Shown in pieces: positions 61,447-64,000 of a stretch of DNA of 64,000 nt; position 1 is the stretch's first letter, and each line of letters begins with the position of its first letter. The position numbers and the translations under genes were made by a program. Origin of the DNA: Alphaproteobacteria bacterium (GTDB lineage: Bacteria > Pseudomonadota > Alphaproteobacteria > CALKHQ01); the NCBI GenBank assembly GCA_965227515.1, contig CBDDFZ010000001.1:3424001-3488000 (forward strand). Reading direction: 5' to 3'. The notes beneath the pieces are model-generated. The model was not told the origin of the DNA. It did no database searches and worked only from the letters and a program-made list of their open reading frames with translations.

Positions 61447-62280
61447 ATGTCGTCAAAACAACTCGCTATCGGCGCCACAGCCATCGCATTGATCCTGCTG
61501 GCCGTGGGATGCACGCGCGCACCCAGCCTGGACACGCTGCGCGACACGCCACGCGTCGGCCTGCGCCACAACGTGGCCTTGATGAACGAGTACGAGGGCT
61601 TAGGCACCCAGCGGGCGGAACAGTCCGACTGGGTGGACGCCGAATATTTCGGCCAGAAGGGTCTGGCGGCGGCTGCCGGACAGGACGTGCTGCCCGACGA
61701 GGTGGGCTCGCGCGAAGTCGCGTCCGGTTCCGTGGCCGAACTGGAGTCTGCGCGCGCAACCCTGGTCGCCGTCCTGTTCAGCGGCGGGCGCGAGTTCCAG
61801 CCGGAACGCACCGCACAATGCCAGGTGCTCTACGATTGCTGGTTGGAGCAGGTCGAGGAAATGGGCGATACGGGCCAGGCGATGGCCTGCCAGCGCGAGC
61901 ACTATGACTGCATGGCCGCAGTACGGCTGCGCGCGGCCGATGCGCCCGAGGTCGAGCGGTTCATCGTCTACTTCAGCATCAACAGCACGGCATTGGACAC
62001 AATCGCGCGCACCGTGGTCGCCGACGCGGTCGAGACCGCAACCGCCAACGGCCAACTGGCGATCTCGATCACCGGCCACACCGACACGGTCGGCTCGCCG
62101 GCACAAAACCTCATCCTGTCGATGCACCGGGCCGAGCGTGTGCGCGACGCCCTGGTGGCCGGCGGCATCGACCCGAGCCGGATCAGCATCAATGCTGTTG
62201 GCGAGGACGATCTGGCGACGCAAACCGGTGACAACGTGCCGGAACGCAACAACCGCCGCGTCGTGGTCGTCGTTTCCTAG
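61447..62280 (+). CDS. OmpA-family lipoprotein
   Basis: Lipobox AVGC, YDCWLEQ motif and OmpA_C domain: GHTD.VG....N..LS..RA..V and NNRRV. Confidence 0.9.
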   Translation: MSSKQLAIGATAIALILLAVGCTRAPSLDTLRDTPRVGLRHNVALMNEYEGLGTQRAEQSDWVDAEYFGQKGLAAAAGQDVLPDEVGSREVASGSVAELESARATLVAVLFSGGREFQPERTAQCQVLYDCWLEQVEEMGDTGQAMACQREHYDCMAAVRLRAADAPEVERFIVYFSINSTALDTIARTVVADAVETATANGQLAISITGHTDTVGSPAQNLILSMHRAERVRDALVAGGIDPSRISINAVGEDDLATQTGDNVPERNNRRVVVVVS

Positions 62281-62364
62281 CAGCCGGAGCACTGCGGGCG
62301 CTGGCCCGCCCCAGCGATTGGGCCTATTCTGGCGCGTCATGTCGCCTCGCTCCCGCCCATCGCC

Positions 62365-63261
62365 ATGGTTGCCGCCGCAATGTCCGATCCGGTCCGCAAG
62401 GTCGCCGAACTGACCTGCTGGTCCGGGCCGGTCGATCCTGAGCCGCTGGTAGGCGGCATCACCAACACCAACTTCGTGGTCAGCGACGGCGGCCGCCGCT
62501 ATGTGGTGCGCATCGGCGCTGACATCCCCGTCCACCAGATCATTCGGTTCAACGAGCTGGCCGCCAGCCGCGCCGCCTATGCCGCCGGCGTCTCGCCCGC
62601 GGTGGTGCATGCCGCGCCAGGCGCCCTGGTCCTCGACTACATCGATGGGCAGGTCCTCACGCCCGCCGACATCGTCGAGCGGCCGATGCTGCGCCGGGTG
62701 CTGGACCTGGTGCTGCGCTGCCACCGGGAGATACCGGCGCACTTGCGCGGCCCGGTGCTGGCGTTCTGGGTTTTCCATGTGGTGCGCGACTACGCCGCCA
62801 CCCTGCGCGATCTCGGCTCCCAACACAGCGCTGCCCTGCCCCGCCTGATGAAGATTGCCGACCATCTGGAGCGGATGGTGGGACCCATCGAGCTGGTGTT
62901 CGGGCACAACGACCTGCTCGCCGCCAACATCATCGACGATGGCGAACGGCTGTGGCTGATCGACTGGGATTACGCGGGCTTCAACAGCCCGTTGTTCGAC
63001 CTGGGCGGCCTGGCGGCCAACAACGAGATGGACGAGGCAACCGAGCGCTGGATGCTGGAGGCCTATTTCAACCGCGCGGCCGACGATGAGTTGCTGCTGC
63101 GCTACCAGGCGATGAAGTGCGCGGCCCTGCTGCGCGAGACGATGTGGAGCATGGTGTCGGAACTGACGTCCAAGCTCGACTTCGACTATCCGGCCTACAC
63201 GGCCGAGAACCTGGCGCGGTTCGAGGCGGCACATGCGCGCTTCCGGGATATGGCCCAGTGA
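62365..63261 (+). CDS. Choline/ethanolamine kinase-like phosphotransferase
   Basis: GGITNTN, FGHNDLLAAN and LIDWDYAG.N..LFDL. Confidence 0.9.
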   Translation: MVAAAMSDPVRKVAELTCWSGPVDPEPLVGGITNTNFVVSDGGRRYVVRIGADIPVHQIIRFNELAASRAAYAAGVSPAVVHAAPGALVLDYIDGQVLTPADIVERPMLRRVLDLVLRCHREIPAHLRGPVLAFWVFHVVRDYAATLRDLGSQHSAALPRLMKIADHLERMVGPIELVFGHNDLLAANIIDDGERLWLIDWDYAGFNSPLFDLGGLAANNEMDEATERWMLEAYFNRAADDELLLRYQAMKCAALLRETMWSMVSELTSKLDFDYPAYTAENLARFEAAHARFRDMAQ

Positions 63262-64000
63262 GCGAGCCGAGCGAACTCCCCGCGTCGGCCCGCGTGGTGA
63301 TCATTGGTGGCGGCATCATCGGCAGCTCTGTCGCCTATCACCTGGCCAAGCGCGGCGTCGACGAGGTGGTGCTGCTGGAACGCCACAAGCTGACGTCGGG
63401 GTCCACCTTCCATGCCGCCGGCCTGGTCGGCCAGCTCCGCACCAGTGCCAACATCACCCAGATGCTGGGCTACTCGGTGGCGCTCTACGACCGGCTGGAG
63501 GAAGAGACCGGGCTCGCCACCGGCTGGAAGCGCAATGGCGGCCTCCGGCTGGCCTGCAACCCGGAGCGTTGGACCGAGGTGAAGCGGCAGGCGACGACCG
63601 CGCGCTCGTTCGGCCTGGAGATGCACCTGATGGGGCCGGCGGAGGCGCGCGACCTGTGGCCGTTGATGAGCGTCAGCGACGTGGTTGGGGCCGCGTTCCT
63701 GCCCACCGACGGACAGGCCAACCCCAGCGACATCACCCAGGCACTGGCCCGCGGCGCGCGGCAGGGCGGGGTGCGGATCGTCGAGGACATCGCTGTCGAC
63801 GCCATCGAGCGCGGCGACGACGGCAAGGTTTGCGCCGTCGTGACCGGCCAGGGGCGCATCGCCTGCGACAAGGTTGTGTGCTGCGCCGGCCAATGGTCGC
63901 GCGCGCTGGGGCGGCGCGCCGGCGTCAACATCCCGCTCGTCTCCGTGCAGCACCAGTACCTGATCACCGAGCCCATCGCCGGCATCGAACCGAGCCTGCC
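63258..64000 (+). CDS. FAD-dependent oxidoreductase, sarcosine/dimethylglycine dehydrogenase (GcvT) family; partial, runs off the window
   Basis: GTG start overlapping the upstream TGA; reads VVIIGGGIIGSSVAYHLAK..LLER..LTSGSTFHAAGLVGQLR. Absent from the ORF track. Confidence 0.9.
   Translation, partial: MSEPSELPASARVVIIGGGIIGSSVAYHLAKRGVDEVVLLERHKLTSGSTFHAAGLVGQLRTSANITQMLGYSVALYDRLEEETGLATGWKRNGGLRLACNPERWTEVKRQATTARSFGLEMHLMGPAEARDLWPLMSVSDVVGAAFLPTDGQANPSDITQALARGARQGGVRIVEDIAVDAIERGDDGKVCAVVTGQGRIACDKVVCCAGQWSRALGRRAGVNIPLVSVQHQYLITEPIAGIEPSL

Overview
GC-rich alphaproteobacterial chromosome segment, probably Rhodospirillales-like. Positions 1-51,000 are mostly core and metabolic genes: cutC, DUF502, a divergent PEP carboxylase, dgdA-like aminotransferase, an ECF42 sigma factor with its DGPF/YCII partner, tRNA-Asn, a polar amino-acid ABC transporter with a D-cysteine desulfhydrase-family enzyme, a vWA protein with 10 repeats, 5'-nucleotidase, LapG-like protease, smpB, dapA, slt, fbpB with a Fur-like box, thrS-infC (ATC start), dppCDF, folD, yggU, yggT and tRNA-Ala(CGC). 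The best candidate for a new system lies just after tRNA-Ala (about 51.4-62.3 kb). It encodes two paralogous CsgG/HfaB-type outer-membrane secretion lipoproteins and several signal-peptide proteins. One has three amyloid-like 'N-x-A-x-x-(I/V)-G-N-x-x-S-I' repeats, one is HfaA-like and one has a CsgF-like N-terminus. The cluster also holds a CelD/BcsL-type GNAT, an atypical CsgD/VpsT-like LuxR regulator and an OmpA lipoprotein. It looks like an uncharacterised curli- or holdfast-anchor-related functional-amyloid secretion system. Other notable items are an unannotated 25-codon sORF behind a 16-nt perfect anti-16S extended Shine-Dalgarno (rreB-like), an AAA ATPase fused to an MshEN (c-di-GMP-binding) domain, candidate ECF42 promoters, and several repeats or MITEs. 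All functional calls come from motif recognition by eye; no database searches were run.
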